NCBI GenBank assembly: GCA_036172245.1
Contig: JAYWIR010000006.1
Coordinates: 868,001-932,000, forward strand
Direction of reading: 5' to 3'
From: Raillietiella orientalis
Lineage: Eukaryota
Length of the DNA stretch: 64,000 nt
Below the pieces are notes generated by a model. That model ran no database searches. It was not told the origin of the DNA and saw only the letters and a list, made by a program, of their open reading frames with translations. Of the stretch, positions 61,000 to 64,000 are shown piece after piece. The stretch's first letter is position 1. Each line of letters begins with the position of its first letter. Made by a program: the position numbers and the translations under genes.

Positions 61000-63010
61000 G
61001 GAATACGAAATTCCAAAAGGCGGAGGATTGCGCGCGTGGGACTCGAGAAACTTCGAGTGTCCTACCAATCGATAACCAGACCGCATTCTAGGGATCCGGT
61101 GAAAGGAGGAGCAGGAAACGTAAAGAGGAGGATCTTACAGGGGAGATGGAGCGATCCGTGTCGAAGTGGACAAAGAGTAAAATGGCTCAGAGAGTCTCCG
61201 GTAAATTTTCTTACCGAAGTGAAAGTGAAATCAGATTGCAGGTTAAACTCGCTGGGAACGCGAGGCTCTCGTTTCCGTCCACAAAAAATGGGTCAAGTCT
61301 GGAAATGTCAACCCGACGGTGGAGGGTGTGGTCCCCCAGTTTTCACGATTCCAGGTACGCATCCAAACATTCAGGAGCGAAACATCGGACCACCAAGATG
61401 GTCTGGTGTTTGGACAATGAACCAAAGTTCATGGAAACGATCCAGCTGGTGGTCTAGACGGGCGGCTAGGAGGCAGAATTGGATCCGATAGCTCTCCGAA
61501 GAAGAAGGGTCGCTACCGGTCCTCTCCGCTGTCAGAAATCCTGAATCACCATTCGTACTGACAAACCTTAGGCCAACCCACCGTTATGCTGAGGAAGGTT
61601 GGAAAAAGGAAAAGTTGAAAATTCGCTTACGGGCCCTCCCTCTGATTCCGCTCGCCCGAATTGAGGAACTCTCGGCAAAGGGAGGCGACCTGGTGGCTCG
61701 GAGTGCCTCAGGATTGCATCTCGCCACTTTTTTTTCGTGGGCAGGAAGTAGTGGACCATGGTCATGCTCCGCCTACCCAAGTTACCGTGGCGCCCCAAAA
61801 CACCTCCTCCCTTGCAGAACCACCCCCTGCAATCTCAGATGGGGCATGCAATCTCTGATTCCTGCAGCATATATGAACACAAGGCTTATGTATACATCGA
61901 AACAATGGTTTGGTGGAGGAATGGACTTTGGTCCAATATATAAAAATGAGGAAGATTATAGGTATATTCATGAAAATGGGAAATATTTTCTGAATTTGCT
62001 TTGGCTTGGATAAAGGCCAAAGTCTATTGCATCTGATTGTGACCGGGAACAGATGCCAAGGAAAATTTGGGGGCACCATAAAGAGGGGTCCAGAAGCCGT
62101 GGAAGGCCAAATGCGGAGTGCAAGAGCTGAAGGTAAGGGAGGTGAACCTCGCATGAGGTGAGCTCCTCCTCTTACCGAACTTCTTTCCCAGCAACCATTC
62201 CGGAGCCTCGAAGGGATACCCTTTGAAGGGTATATCATGGTTACGAATCCAGCAAAAGTCAGCACAGGACGGTTGCCAGTGAACGATCGGATGGCCCACG
62301 TCCCCCACTTTCTGTTCCGGCCCGCGTCGGAGGTCAAGTGGCTGAGGTCTCCTGTGGCGCGTGGCGCGTAAGCGTCGCGGGCTCGAAAGGAGGAGAATGC
62401 TGGGAAGGAATCGACTCCGAGAGATGGAGGTGCGTCGTGGGTTCGAGTTCCTCCTGCAAGATGACGCTTGTTGGCCTACATTCGGGTGCGGCACCGGTAG
62501 CAATTCGAACCGGATGCCCCTGATGAGTGGTTCAGATTGGCAGTCGACCTCCAGGATCTTTCCAGAAAACAGAATCAAGGAGTCCTTTCGGGTTTCCTTT
62601 CGGTTGTGCAAAGGAGCAGACCCTCCTCTTAGGAGGGAGGAAACCTCCGTCTCGTACCGTAGAGCTAGTCGGTTGATGATGCCTCTCTCCAGAGTGCAAC
62701 GAAGCGCGCCCCTTTCTTCGGGGAGCACCCTTCTGAGACATTTCGGAAAAGTCCCTTTGGGGTTTTCTTCAGAGGAGCAAACAAGGAACGGTTCCCTTGC
62801 AGGGTCTCTCAGGAGAAGAAAAAATGGAGCGAGCGAATAAGGAAGAGAGAGAATAAGGAAGGAGATTCCCTTCGGGGTTCCCTTCGGAGACAACCAGGGT
62901 GGAGGTGTTCCCTTCGGGGATCCCTCCCCAGGCGTGAGAGGAACGGATCTTCTTCTCCGGAGCCCTTGCTGGATCCACAGGGTGGCCCCTGCTCCGAGGT
63001 ACCCCTTCTT
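61000..63010 (+). mobile_element. Long L1/Tx1-like ORF2 relic (RT core through post-RT region)
   Basis: GVPQDCISPLFF at ~61700, KYF..LG at ~61980, GLGL-like region at ~62340, then homology to 40905-41430 and 50175-50760. Confidence 0.7.
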
Positions 63011-63948
63011 TATCTTGAAAAATTAGCAAGCATTCTCTGTTGGCGTGGAACAGCGTGAGAGAGCTGCGTGAGCCGCTAGGCACGACGGCTCTTGAGGCGC
63101 TCAGAGAACCAGAAAAAAAGTTGTAAGAAAAAAAGCGAAGATTTCTCGTTCTTGAGTGTCCAGTATGTTCCTGACACTGCAGAAAATCAGCCAAATGCAG
63201 ATGGTTGCCCCCCCCCCCCCTCCCTTTTTTTTTCATATCCCTTCAGTGGCTGTGCATGACTTCTGGAGTTGCTCACACAAACTACGAGCGATGTGCACAA
63301 GAAACGAAATGTGATTTGGGGTCTCGATCTGGGTAGCTGCACAGCGACTTGACTAGTCCCTGTACCGAATCTTCGAACTGCCCAACATCAGAACCTTTTC
63401 AATCACGTATCTTCTCGGAGAATGGTTTCGGAGGAATGGCGCGCGATTGAATTAATGTCAAAGTTCGAGCTTGAGCTGCTCTGCCAACACTTTGCTTGTA
63501 ATCTGATTTTTCGAAACGAACAGGGACCACTGACGCGACCAGACTGTAAGGAGTAACCAGCAGCTCTTTGCAGTGGTGTGTTACTGGGGTGCACCGAGAA
63601 CGCCTCCGGCAGTCATTTCACGTTTTCGAAGGATGCGGAAAAGCCACAAGTGGCTCCGTCGCTTGCGCTAGGCTTCCTTCATGACCCCTAAAAGAACGGC
63701 TTTTCCACAAAGGCATGGTCCAATTCCAATCTTTGGAATTGGGTCGTGCTTTCGTGGAGCAGTTGAGGTCAGTCGCGGAGTGAACCCGCAAGGATGCTTC
63801 ACCCAGAATTAGTGATAGCATAGATTGACCACAGAATCCTTGAGGATACCCCAAGGCACGAGAGAGCGTCCAAGTTATGGATCATGAGGTTAGCCCATGA
63901 TCTGTCAAGCATCCGTAATCAAGAAACTTGAGAGCAGCTTGTGAAATT

Positions 63949-63969
63949 TGTGTGTGTGTGTGTGTGTGT
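63949..63969. repeat. (TG)n microsatellite
   Basis: About 10 TG units. Confidence 0.9.
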
Positions 63970-64000
63970 CCTGTCTATCTGGGAGCTATCCAAGTCACAT

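Overview
Eukaryotic (animal, probably arthropod) genomic DNA that is gene-poor and packed with decayed non-LTR retrotransposons. Most are 5'-truncated, frameshifted L1/Tx1-like relics (ORF1 zinc-knuckle, APE endonuclease, RT and zf-RVT pieces on both strands), with a second, more AT-rich set of CR1/L2/Jockey-like RT relics. Two intact-looking spliced host genes are supported. One is a three-exon gene (22574-26388, +) encoding a hydrophobic N-terminal anchor, one calponin-homology domain, one filamin Ig repeat and a long disordered tail. The other is a two-exon RING-CH (MARCH-like) E3 ligase gene (59673-60464, +) with a single TM helix. A disrupted RALBP1/RLIP76 fragment lies at 3481-4315 (-). 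The most striking unexplained signal is a pair of RNA hairpins kept by covariation in the 3' UTRs of otherwise very divergent L1/Tx1-like copies: a 5-bp stem with an invariant CUGCGN loop, and a terminal CCGG-c-GNRA-CCGG hairpin just after AAUAAA. One locus also suggests repeated insertion at the same target site. All calls were made by eye, and TE boundaries are approximate (+/-50-100 bp).
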